DNA from: an uncultured Peptococcaceae bacterium
GTDB taxonomy: Bacteria; Bacillota; Peptococcia; DRI-13; DTU073
DNA length: 29,954 nt
Direction: 5' to 3'
Assembly (NCBI GenBank): GCA_964627885.1
Contig: CAZVLC010000001.1
Coordinates: 1-29,954 of the forward strand
Part shown: piece by piece, positions 19,612 through 29,567 of the stretch
How the letters are laid out: the number at the start of each line of letters is the position of its first letter
How positions within the stretch are numbered: position 1 is the stretch's first letter
The notes under the pieces: model-generated
What the model was told of the DNA's origin: nothing
The model's database searches: none
What the model saw: only the letters and a program-made list of their open reading frames with translations
Made by a program: the position numbers and the translations under genes

Positions 19612-19660
19612 ATGTAGCAGTCCGATAGATGTGGCAGTTTGGGAGAATGGTAGTCAGGTA
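19594..19660 (+). repeat. Degenerate 17-bp tandem repeat spanning the glyA stop
   Basis: GATGTAGCAGTCCGGTA / AATGTAGCAGTCCGATA / GATGTGGCAGTTTGGGA, then a decayed AATGGTAGTCAGGTA. Confidence 0.8.
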
Positions 19661-19695
19661 AATTCCTGCAGTTAAAGATAAAGAGGTGAGGGGAA

Positions 19696-20136
19696 ATGCG
19701 CCCTTCCTGGGATGATTACTTTATGGAAATTGCCGATGTGGTGGCGACACGGTCCACCTGTGTTCGCCGCCGGGTCGGAGCAATCTTGGTAAAGGATAAA
19801 AGGATTCTGGCCACGGGATACAATGGGGCACCTGCCGGAATACAGCACTGTGGGGAAGCCGGTTGTCTGCGGGAGAAGCTGGAGATTCCTTCGGGGGAGC
19901 GGCATGAACTATGCCGGGGCCTTCATGCCGAGCAAAATGCGATTATTCAATGTGCGGTGCATGGCGTAAACTTACAGGGAGCAGTTTTGTACTCGACGAC
20001 ACAGCCTTGTGTGCTGTGCAGTAAAATGCTGATTAATGCCGGTATTAAGACAATTGTTTTCCGGGGGTCCTACCCCGATGAGTTATCTTTAAGCCTTTTA
20101 CGGGAAGCAGGGATAGAGTTACGCCAAAAAAAATAA
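19696..20136 (+). CDS. dCMP deaminase family protein (ComEB-like, Zn-dependent)
   Basis: [34 protein letters not shown]. Confidence 0.92.
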   Translation: MRPSWDDYFMEIADVVATRSTCVRRRVGAILVKDKRILATGYNGAPAGIQHCGEAGCLREKLEIPSGERHELCRGLHAEQNAIIQCAVHGVNLQGAVLYSTTQPCVLCSKMLINAGIKTIVFRGSYPDELSLSLLREAGIELRQKK

Positions 20137-20164
20137 GGTAAAAAGGTAGAAAAATATTTTTAAA

Positions 20165-20195
20165 AATAAAAGCGCCAATTTTCGGCGCTTTTATT
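20165..20195. terminator. Bidirectional intrinsic terminator between the convergent deaminase genes
   Basis: AATAAAAGCGCC-7 nt-GGCGCTTTTATT, a perfect 12-bp stem with A/T tracts on both sides. Confidence 0.85.
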
Positions 20196-20262
20196 GCTTC
20201 TTTTTCCTTCATACTTCTTCTAGCTAGGTTATCCATTAAAAACTAAAAAATACTGACTAGTA

Positions 20263-20291
20263 TTGACAATAGTAGGTTTATACGATATATT
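20263..20291 (+). promoter_or_regulatory. Near-consensus sigmaA promoter oriented antisense to dcd
   Basis: TTGACA (20263-20268), 17 bp, TATATT (20286-20291). The inverted repeat AATACT-gact-AGTATT (20249-20264) abuts the -35. Confidence 0.6.
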
Positions 20292-20305
20292 CATATTCGG
20301 CTAAA

Positions 20306-20824
20306 CTATTTAAAATCCTTGAACAACCGACTTGATACTATCCCACAATTTTTCTGATATTTTACAGAAGAATATTTTTTAAATGTTCCTTCAATGTTAT
20401 GGTAAAAAATTTGACAGATTTGGACAAAAGGATAAATACGGACGGGTTGAATGCAGGTAATCTCCAAGGTCCAGTATCCGGCAAAGCCCACATCGCCAAA
20501 ACCGGCACTGGAATGTACACTGATGCCTAAACGCCCGATTGATGATCTTCCCTCCAGCATGGGAACATAGCAATCGGTTTCTGTATATTCAACCGTGCGT
20601 CCGAGGTAAAGTTTCCCTGGTTCAATTACAAAGCCCTCCGAGGGTAATGCGATGGAGATAGTTCTGTTTTCTTTTTTCATGTCTAAGAGTGGCTCTGAAT
20701 ATACCAGCAATTCATTATGTAAAGTGAGATTATAGCTGTTCGGGTTCAGTTGTGCCGGATTGAAGGGCGAAATTTTGATTTCCTTACCTAGTTTTTCCTG
20801 AATGGCTAATCCGGAGAGAATCAT
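20306..20824 (-). CDS. dcd: dCTP deaminase (trimeric dUTPase fold)
   Basis: MILSG, LNPNSYNL, EGRSSIGRLG, AGFGDVGF.G.WTLE, ICQIFY, KYQ. ATG 20824 has RBS GAAAGGAG. Confidence 0.92.
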   Translation of the reverse strand: MILSGLAIQEKLGKEIKISPFNPAQLNPNSYNLTLHNELLVYSEPLLDMKKENRTISIALPSEGFVIEPGKLYLGRTVEYTETDCYVPMLEGRSSIGRLGISVHSSAGFGDVGFAGYWTLEITCIQPVRIYPFVQICQIFYHNIEGTFKKYSSVKYQKNCGIVSSRLFKDFK

Positions 20825-20994
20825 GTTATAAGCTCCTTTCGATTTACGTTCCACTTTTATTTTACCTCAGATCTGCCAAAATGGGGAGAATTTACGAAAA
20901 TTAAGCTAAAAAAATAATTTATTTGTGTTAAAATATTGAAGGAAGCCTATAATACTTGATATATAATGACATAATTTACTAGGAGAGCAAAGAA

Positions 20995-22158
20995 ATGAAT
21001 AAAGAAAAAATGCGAAAAGTAGTAACGGTTTTTGGTACGAGACCTGAAGCAATTAAGATGGCTCCCTTAGTGTGGGCTTTAAGGCAAGATCCACAGATTA
21101 ATTGCAAGATTGCTGTTACGGCACAGCATCGGGAGATGCTTGATCAAGTTTTAGACCTTTTTCATCTCATTCCCGATTATGATCTTGATATCATGCAAGC
21201 AGGTCAAACGCCTTTTGAGATTACTTCCCGGGCGCTTTTTGGGTTGCGGGATGTATTGCAACGGGAAAGGCCGGATCTTGTTTTAGTACATGGGGATACC
21301 AGCACTACCTTTGCAGGGGCGTTAGCAGCTTATTATTTACAAATACCGGTGGGACATGTGGAAGCCGGTCTAAGGTCGGGTAATAAATACTCGCCTTTTC
21401 CGGAGGAAATGAATCGGCGGCTTACAGGGACATTGGGCGATTTGCATTTTGCGCCGACAGTTAAGGCCCGGGAAGAATTACTGAAGGAAGGGCATGACCC
21501 GGCGACAATTTACACCACTGGCAATACGGTTATTGACGCACTTTTAAGCATTGTTGACCGGGATTTCCAATTTACTGACCGGGTTTTAAATAGTATTAAT
21601 TTTACCACACAGCGTGTGCTTGTCTTAACCACTCATCGACGGGAAAATCTGGGGGAGCCCATGCGCCAAATTTATTTGGCTTTAAGAGATATTGTTCAGG
21701 AGTTTCCTGATGTGGTGGTTGTTTTTCCTGTTCATAAGAATCCCGCTGTGCGGCGGGTAGCCAAGGAAATATTGGGAGATATTGATAGAGTAAAATTAAT
21801 AGAGCCATTAGATTATTTGCCCTTCGGCAATTTAGTGGATAGATCCTATTTGATTCTTACCGATTCCGGAGGATTACAGGAAGAAGCACCTTCCTTAGGT
21901 AAACCGGTTCTTGTTCTGCGTGAAAACACGGAACGCCCCGAGGCCATAGAAGCCGGCACAGTGGATTTAGTAGGGCTGGAGAGGGAGAGAATTTACCAAG
22001 CGACCAAAAGGCTTTTAACGGATCAAGCGGCCTATCATAAGATGGCCAAAGCGGTTAATCCTTACGGAGATGGGAAGGCTAGCAGGCGGATTGTGGAGGC
22101 ATTACATCATTATTGGGGTTGGAGAGTAGATCCGCCGGAACCTTTTTATCATAAATAG
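20995..22158 (+). CDS. wecB: UDP-N-acetylglucosamine 2-epimerase (non-hydrolysing)
   Basis: FGTRPEAIKMAP, VHGDT, HVEAGLRS, PFPEEMNR, HRREN, TDSGGLQEEAP, NPYGDG. Confidence 0.97.
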   Translation: MNKEKMRKVVTVFGTRPEAIKMAPLVWALRQDPQINCKIAVTAQHREMLDQVLDLFHLIPDYDLDIMQAGQTPFEITSRALFGLRDVLQRERPDLVLVHGDTSTTFAGALAAYYLQIPVGHVEAGLRSGNKYSPFPEEMNRRLTGTLGDLHFAPTVKAREELLKEGHDPATIYTTGNTVIDALLSIVDRDFQFTDRVLNSINFTTQRVLVLTTHRRENLGEPMRQIYLALRDIVQEFPDVVVVFPVHKNPAVRRVAKEILGDIDRVKLIEPLDYLPFGNLVDRSYLILTDSGGLQEEAPSLGKPVLVLRENTERPEAIEAGTVDLVGLERERIYQATKRLLTDQAAYHKMAKAVNPYGDGKASRRIVEALHHYWGWRVDPPEPFYHK

Positions 22159-22227
22159 CCGGGAATGAAATAATATATAAGGAATTTTTCAAAGGAAAAA
22201 GAAAAATGATGAATTTGGTGAACTGAG

Positions 22228-22473
22228 ATGGTCAAGAAAAACAAAGGATTGGAATATCTTAATTTTGCCTTAAGCTTTGGACTGACCCTGGTAATTACTA
22301 CATATATACTCTATCTGGGGGGTAGCTGGCTGGATAAGAAACTGGGCACTACACCTGTTTTTATGGTACTAGGCATCCTTTTATCCATCGCGACTGTTTT
22401 TCGACAAATAATTAACGAAGTTAAGGACCTGGAAAAGGAAAAGACCAAAGAAGAAATAGAGCCGAAAGAATAG
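22228..22473 (+). CDS. atpZ: AtpZ/AtpI-family small membrane protein (ATP synthase gene 1)
   Basis: Two hydrophobic segments with G.WLDKKLGT.P.F, at the head of the atp operon. Confidence 0.8.
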   Translation: MVKKNKGLEYLNFALSFGLTLVITTYILYLGGSWLDKKLGTTPVFMVLGILLSIATVFRQIINEVKDLEKEKTKEEIEPKE

Positions 22474-22483
22474 GTGATAGTAA

Positions 22484-22789
22484 ATGCCTTCTTGGTTATT
22501 GTGGATTATGAAAGGTTTGGCTTTGGGATTTGTGGCAGCCGGATTAAATTTCTTTATATTGTTACAATCCCTTAAGCGCATGGAAAAAAGAACTGACAAA
22601 GCGAATAGCACCTTAGCGGCTTGTTATCTATTGCGTTTTGTTGTGAGTTTGGGTACTTTAATATTGGCGTATTTTTGTATTGCCAAAAACATCCTTTTCT
22701 TGGGAGGAGTGGCTTTTGGTCTAACAATACCAAATTATCTCTATTTTTTGTACTTTCGGGGAAAACAAAATTTTGAAAGAAAGGAGTGA
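22484..22789 (+). CDS. atpI: ATP synthase protein I
   Basis: 101 aa, about four hydrophobic segments with an LLRF motif, directly before atpB. Confidence 0.75.
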   Translation: MPSWLLWIMKGLALGFVAAGLNFFILLQSLKRMEKRTDKANSTLAACYLLRFVVSLGTLILAYFCIAKNILFLGGVAFGLTIPNYLYFLYFRGKQNFERKE

Positions 22790-23514
22790 GAATACGGATG
22801 TTTGCCACACCGGTCTATGCTGCAACTGCCGAACATGGGGCTGAGCACGGCGGAGCGTTGTTTGACATTTTCGGGTGGGAGGTAAGTAGTTTCACTACAA
22901 CAATGTGGGGGTTAATGCTTCTACTGGTGATAGTTTCTTATCTCGCTACCAGAAAGCTAGATTTTGTTCCGACTCGTCGTATCCAGGTTTTTATGGAAAT
23001 GGTGTTGGAAATGATCATTGGCTTTTTGACTCAGGTCATGGGCGATAGGGCTAAAGCAAAACGCTACCTACCTTTATTAGGGACCTTTTTCCTGCTCATC
23101 ATGATATCCAACTATTCCGGTTTGTTGCCGGGGGCAGGTCATATTGATGGTTTAGCAGCTCCTACCAGTACCTTAAGTGTCACAGCGGCTTTTGCCATAA
23201 TTGTCTTTTTTTCAACCCATTATTATGGAATAAAGACGAAAGGGTTAGGCTATTTCAAACATTTCTTCCAGCCGATTGTTATTTTGTTTCCTTTAAATGT
23301 CCTGGAGGAATTTACGAAACCGCTTTCGCTTTCTTTACGTTTGTATGGCAACGTTTATGGGGAAGAAATGGTCGTTGCCGGATTATTTGGATTAGTACCT
23401 TTGTTTTTACCGTTACCAATACAATTTCTAGGGTTGCTTTTTGGTTTTATTCAGGCGTTTGTCTTTACTTTATTAGCGGCAGTATATATCAATTCTGCAA
23501 CTGCTAGCCATTGA
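22786..23514 (+). CDS. atpB: F0 subunit a
   Basis: APTS.LSVT, PLNVLEE, SLSLRLYGN (essential Arg), IQAFVF.LL..VYI. GTGA overlap with atpI; alternative start ATG 22798. Confidence 0.97.
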   Translation: MRIRMFATPVYAATAEHGAEHGGALFDIFGWEVSSFTTTMWGLMLLLVIVSYLATRKLDFVPTRRIQVFMEMVLEMIIGFLTQVMGDRAKAKRYLPLLGTFFLLIMISNYSGLLPGAGHIDGLAAPTSTLSVTAAFAIIVFFSTHYYGIKTKGLGYFKHFFQPIVILFPLNVLEEFTKPLSLSLRLYGNVYGEEMVVAGLFGLVPLFLPLPIQFLGLLFGFIQAFVFTLLAAVYINSATASH

Positions 23515-23524
23515 TAAAACCTAA

Positions 23525-23806
<282 letters not shown>

Positions 23807-23834
23807 TTCTACCAGCATGAGTAATGGGATGAGA

Positions 23835-23864
23835 GGGTTGTCCGGAGGCAACTTCGGACGCCCC
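23835..23864 (+). other. Stable GNRA-capped RNA hairpin between atpE and atpF
   Basis: GTCCGGAG-GCAA-CTTCGGAC core extended by GGG/CCC pairs; no U-tract. Confidence 0.6.
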
Positions 23865-23919
23865 CTAAATTCTCAAAATTACCAAGTCAACCGTACCAAA
23901 AGAGAGGTGAAGCAAACAA

Positions 23920-24405
23920 ATGAGTATGTCTCTTTCAGATTTGCTCTTTGCTATCATAAACTTTTTAGTTTTGTTAGCCGTATTGAAAAAGTTCCTCTAC
24001 AAGCCTTTGCTGAACATGATTGATCAGCGTGAACTTCAAGTGAAAAATGACTTAGAAAGTGCGGAAAAGGCCAAGAATGATGCTCAAACAACAAAGGAAG
24101 AATATACAAAACAAATGCAGCAGGCCAAACAGGAAGCACAACAGATTATTGAAAAGGCAAACAAGATTGGGGAGGAAAGCCGAGAGGCTTTGCTGAAACA
24201 AGCGAGAGAAGAAGCGGCTAGAATGACTGAGAAGGCTCAGGAAATGATTCGGCTCGAAAAAGAGGAAGCACTGAGCCAGTTGAGAAATGAAGTTGCTTCG
24301 TTAGTTGTTCTTGCTGCCGGTAAGGTGATTGATAAGACGATTGATCAAGAGTCTCACGAGAAGCTGATTCGTGACTTTATAGAAGAGGTGGGGGATGCGT
24401 CTTGA
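23920..24405 (+). CDS. atpF: F0 subunit b
   Basis: N-terminal TM helix AIINFLVLL..LKKFLYKPL followed by a coiled coil. Confidence 0.95.
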   Translation: MSMSLSDLLFAIINFLVLLAVLKKFLYKPLLNMIDQRELQVKNDLESAEKAKNDAQTTKEEYTKQMQQAKQEAQQIIEKANKIGEESREALLKQAREEAARMTEKAQEMIRLEKEEALSQLRNEVASLVVLAAGKVIDKTIDQESHEKLIRDFIEEVGDAS

Positions 24406-24968
24406 TGAACTCAGCTATTTCCCGTCGCTATGCCCAGGCTCTTTTGATGATCGCTCAAGAAAGGCAAGCACTGGATCAGTATGAACGTGAACTCGAGACA
24501 TTTCGTAATGCCTTACAGGCCAACCCAGGGGTAAAAGAGCTGATGGATAATCCTCGCGTGTTAACGGAGGATAAAAAAAAGGCCCTGGATCTTTTAATCA
24601 AGGATCTTGTCGACCCGGTTATTTACAACTTTTTGCATTTAATCATTGACAAGAGAAGGGAAGCCTTTTTCCTGGATATTATCAGGGCATTTAACCAATA
24701 CGCCGATGAGGCCAAGAATATTATTGACGCTGAAGTCCGGTCGGTTGTGCAATTGACGGATAGAGATTATCAAGAATTACAGGAAAGACTTGCGAGGGCA
24801 AGCGGCAAAAATGTACGTTTAAAAAGTATTGTCGATACATCCTTAATTGGTGGCATCAAGGTCAAGATCGGTGATACGGTGCTTGACGGCAGTGTTACCA
24901 AAAAACTTTCTTTATTGAAAAACCGGCTTAGTAAGACACGGTTAGAAGAGATTGGGGTGAAAAAGTAA
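24402..24968 (+). CDS. atpH: F1 subunit delta
   Basis: [28 protein letters not shown]. Confidence 0.95.
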   Translation: MMNSAISRRYAQALLMIAQERQALDQYERELETFRNALQANPGVKELMDNPRVLTEDKKKALDLLIKDLVDPVIYNFLHLIIDKRREAFFLDIIRAFNQYADEAKNIIDAEVRSVVQLTDRDYQELQERLARASGKNVRLKSIVDTSLIGGIKVKIGDTVLDGSVTKKLSLLKNRLSKTRLEEIGVKK

Positions 24969-24969
24969 A

Positions 24970-26475
24970 ATGAGTATCAGACCGGAGGAAATCAGTGTTA
25001 TCTTAAAACAGCAGATCGAAAGCTATCAAAACGAAGTCGAGGTAGCAAAAGAAGGCACTGTAATTCAGGTAGCCGACGGCGTGGCTCGTATTCATGGATT
25101 GAATGAGGCGATGGCCGGAGAAATGCTCGAGTTTCCCGGCGGCGTTTTCGGGATGGCTTTAAACCTGGAAGAAGATAATATTGGTTGTGTTATTTTAGGA
25201 CCCTTCACCAAAATCAAGGAAGGGGATCAGGTCAGACGTACGGGTAGAATTGTGGAAGTACCTGTAGGTGATGCTTTAATTGGTCGGGTTGTCAATGTTT
25301 TGGGTGAACCAATCGATGGCAAAGGGCCGATCCAAACTAATAAATTTAGACCAATTGAAAGCAAGGCCCCCGGCGTGGTATACCGTAAATCAGTTAATCA
25401 GCCTTTACAAACAGGGTTGAAATCCATTGATGCGCTGGTCCCGATTGGGAGAGGGCAACGTGAATTAATCATCGGGGACCGTCAAACAGGAAAAACCGCG
25501 GTGGCCGTTGATACGATTATTAATCAAAAAGGACAGGATGTTATTTGTATTTACGTTGCCATTGGGCAAAAAGCCTCAACAGTGGCGGGTGTAGTGCAGA
25601 AACTGGAACAGGCAGGAGCCATGGACTATAGTATTGTGGTAGCGGCGACAGCCAGTGAACCAGCTCCGATGGTTTACATTGCACCGTATTCCGGTTGCGC
25701 CATGGGCGAAGAGTTCATGTATGACGGCAAAGATGTTTTGATTATCTATGATGATCTTTCCAAACAGGCCGTTGCTTATCGTGAATTGTCCTTACTGCTC
25801 AAGCGGCCTCCGGGTCGTGAGGCCTATCCCGGTGATGTTTTCTACTTGCATTCCCGTTTATTGGAGCGGGCAGCCAGACTTAGCGAGGATATGGGTGGTG
25901 GTTCCATGACCGCTCTGCCGATTATTGAAACACAGGCCGGTGACGTTTCTGCTTATATTCCGACGAACGTAATTTCCATTACTGATGGTCAGATTTTCTT
26001 GGAATCCGATTTGTTTAATTCCGGTTTCCGTCCTGCTATCAACGTTGGTATTTCGGTATCCCGTGTTGGTGGTGCTGCCCAAATTAAAGCCATGAAAAAG
26101 GTTGCGGGAAGTTTACGTCTCGATTTGGCCCAGTACAGAGAATTAGCTGCTTTTGCGCAGTTCGGTTCTGATTTGGATAAAGCCACCCAAGCTCGGTTGA
26201 ACAGAGGGAAAAAGACCATGGAAGTGCTGAAACAGGGTCAATATCAACCGATGCCGGTTGAGGAACAGGTTGTGGTGGTTTACAGTGCGGTAAAAGGCCA
26301 TTTGGATGATGTGGCTGAAGAGAAAATCAAGGATTTTGAAGAAGGCTTCTTGAAGTTCTTAAGGACCACAAAGAGAGAATTGCTGCAGGGGATTAAAGAG
26401 AAAAAGGAACTTGTCCCCGAATTGGAAGAACAGTTAAAGGCGGCTATTGCTGAATATAAGGCTGGATTAGTGTAG
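24970..26475 (+). CDS. atpA: F1 subunit alpha
   Basis: [30 protein letters not shown]. Confidence 0.99.
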   Translation: MSIRPEEISVILKQQIESYQNEVEVAKEGTVIQVADGVARIHGLNEAMAGEMLEFPGGVFGMALNLEEDNIGCVILGPFTKIKEGDQVRRTGRIVEVPVGDALIGRVVNVLGEPIDGKGPIQTNKFRPIESKAPGVVYRKSVNQPLQTGLKSIDALVPIGRGQRELIIGDRQTGKTAVAVDTIINQKGQDVICIYVAIGQKASTVAGVVQKLEQAGAMDYSIVVAATASEPAPMVYIAPYSGCAMGEEFMYDGKDVLIIYDDLSKQAVAYRELSLLLKRPPGREAYPGDVFYLHSRLLERAARLSEDMGGGSMTALPIIETQAGDVSAYIPTNVISITDGQIFLESDLFNSGFRPAINVGISVSRVGGAAQIKAMKKVAGSLRLDLAQYRELAAFAQFGSDLDKATQARLNRGKKTMEVLKQGQYQPMPVEEQVVVVYSAVKGHLDDVAEEKIKDFEEGFLKFLRTTKRELLQGIKEKKELVPELEEQLKAAIAEYKAGLV

Positions 26476-26499
26476 CCCCGTAAAGAAGGTGGTGAGAGA

Positions 26500-27357
26500 A
26501 TGCCAAGTGTTCGGGATATTAAACGCCGGATCAGGAGCGTAAAAAATACTCAGCAAATCACCAAGGCGATGAAGATGGTTTCCGCCGCCAAACTGAGAAG
26601 AACGCAGGCTGCTACTGTGGCTTCCCGCCCGTACGCGCACAAGCTGGAAGAAATTCTGGAGAGAATTGTGGCTTCGGCGGGTGAGACAAAACATTCTTTG
26701 ATGCTGGAAAGGCCAGTGAAGTCTGTAGGCATTATTTTGATTACCGCAGACAGAGGCTTGGCGGGTGGATATAATGCCAATGTGATCAGGAAAGGAATCC
26801 TGGAAGCCGCCCGTTTCGGGGAAACAGAAGTATCTTTTCTCGCTGTGGGGCGTAAAGGACGCGACTTTTTGCGCCGGCGTAAGAAAAAGATTGACGGAGA
26901 AATAATCGGTTTACAAGATGTGCCAACTTTTACGGAGGCACAGAATATTGCGCAACAAGCGGTGGATAGCTTTATGGGTGGTAAATATGATGCGGTATAT
27001 ATTGTTTACCAGGAGTTTATAACCACCGTTCAGCAGCGTCCGGTGATCAAGCAGCTTCTGCCGATTCCCTATGAAAAGGAAGAAGCGGAGGAAGTTGCGG
27101 AGTATTTATATGAACCGGGACCGCAAGAAGTATTGGGGATTCTCCTTCCCAAATATATTAACAATACGGTATTCCATTTATTAATGGAAACCAAGACAAG
27201 TGAGCATGGCGCGCGGATGGCGGCAATGGGTTCGGCCACCGATAATGCCACGGAAATGATTGATAAGTTGACGCTCTCCTATAACCGTTCACGTCAGGCG
27301 GCGATTACCAATGAAATATCGGAAATTGTGGGAGGCGCCAATGCCTTGCAAGGATAG
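26500..27357 (+). CDS. atpG: F1 subunit gamma
   Basis: ITKAMKMVSAAK, DRGLAGGYN, SEHGARM.AM..AT.NA, RQAAIT.EI.EI. Confidence 0.98.
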   Translation: MPSVRDIKRRIRSVKNTQQITKAMKMVSAAKLRRTQAATVASRPYAHKLEEILERIVASAGETKHSLMLERPVKSVGIILITADRGLAGGYNANVIRKGILEAARFGETEVSFLAVGRKGRDFLRRRKKKIDGEIIGLQDVPTFTEAQNIAQQAVDSFMGGKYDAVYIVYQEFITTVQQRPVIKQLLPIPYEKEEAEEVAEYLYEPGPQEVLGILLPKYINNTVFHLLMETKTSEHGARMAAMGSATDNATEMIDKLTLSYNRSRQAAITNEISEIVGGANALQG

Positions 27358-27406
27358 GCTTGCATTTGGTAATTACTTTAACCCAGCAATAATTTAGGGG
27401 GTGTAA

Positions 27407-28813
<1,407 letters not shown>

Positions 28814-28814
28814 T

Positions 28815-29219
28815 ATGGCTAAGATCCTGAACCTGGAAGTTGTAACGCCGGAAAGGATTATGCTGCAAGAAGAAACCCAATCGATTATTGTTCCCGCCGC
28901 AGAAGGTTTGTTGGGACTTTTACCCAATCATGCGCCGATTATTACCGGATTAAATCCGGGGCTCATTAAGTTTCGTCAAGGTGCTGATTTACATGTTTTG
29001 GCGATCGGCGGCGGTTTCATGGAAGTATCAAATAATAAGGTGAGTATTTTGGCTGATACTGCCGAATTGCCTGATGAAATTGATGTAGACAGGGCGAATG
29101 CCGCAAAAGAGCGCGCGCAACAGCGCCTCAAGGAACCACCTGCGGGATTGGATGTCCATCGGGCGGAGCTGGCTTTTCATCGTGCGATGGCTCGTATACG
29201 GGCTGCAGAGTATAAATAG
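28815..29219 (+). CDS. atpC: F1 subunit epsilon
   Basis: LEVVTPER, GLLPNHAP, GGFMEV, IDVDRA, C-terminal helical hairpin. Confidence 0.97.
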   Translation: MAKILNLEVVTPERIMLQEETQSIIVPAAEGLLGLLPNHAPIITGLNPGLIKFRQGADLHVLAIGGGFMEVSNNKVSILADTAELPDEIDVDRANAAKERAQQRLKEPPAGLDVHRAELAFHRAMARIRAAEYK

Positions 29220-29261
29220 TAATTCAGCCAGATATTAGCGGAAAAAAATTAGGTTAAAATA

Positions 29262-29288
29262 GCAGGAATATAGCTCTTAATGGCGAAT
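29262..29288 (+). promoter_or_regulatory. sigmaH-type promoter
   Basis: GCAGGAATA (29262-29270), 11 bp, GGCGAAT (29282-29288). Full match to RNAGGAWWW-N11-RNNGAAT. Confidence 0.7.
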
Positions 29289-29297
29289 TGTTAACTC

Positions 29298-29368
29298 AAT
29301 TGCTTATGGCAATTAACCTAAAACAGATGCACTGCAGTGTAATTATAGCTGCGGTGCGTCTGTTTTGT
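29298..29368 (+). ncRNA. Candidate ~70-nt small RNA (or terminated murA leader)
   Basis: Bounded by the sigmaH promoter and a terminator; contains a 5' hairpin AATTGC-ttatg-GCAATT and an 18-bp stem. No known family recognised. Confidence 0.35.
29320..29368. terminator. Long intrinsic terminator after the atp operon
   Basis: AAAACAGATGCACTGCAG-11 nt-CTGCGGTGCGTCTGTTTT, an 18-bp stem with two G.U pairs. Confidence 0.8.
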
Positions 29369-29567
29369 GGGTGCCGTATTTATCCGGACGTCATAATATT
29401 CCTTGTTACACCGGTGTTACGGTGATGAATCAGTCTATATTATGCGGGGCAGAATATAACTGTCATAAAATAACACAAAAAAATTAATAAAAAGAAAAGG
29501 ATATTGTCTTTTTATCCCGAAATAGATTTAATAGTGTGTTTATACATGGTGAAGGTTGTGAAAAACA

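Noticed and set aside
19594-19660. Repeat array as a mini-CRISPR
   Set aside because: The units are contiguous 17-mers without spacers, and there are no cas genes.
19696-20136. Deaminase as an anti-phage dCTP-depletion system
   Set aside because: Known defence dCTP deaminases carry an N-terminal kinase-like domain. This is a 146-aa single-domain enzyme in a housekeeping context.
20045-20236. 63-aa minus-strand ORF downstream of dcd
   Set aside because: It crosses the bidirectional terminator, overlaps the dCMP deaminase antisense, and has no RBS or motif.
26500-27357. Chloroplast-like redox or regulatory insertion in gamma, given the chloroplast-like c subunit
   Set aside because: Gamma is 285 aa, has no Cys, and has no insertion in that region.
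29306-29425. 39-codon ORF (MAINLKQMHCSVIIAAVRLFCG...) starting inside the candidate sRNA
   Set aside because: It has no Shine-Dalgarno, its ATG is buried in a hairpin, and it runs through the terminator. Ribosome profiling would be needed to revive it.
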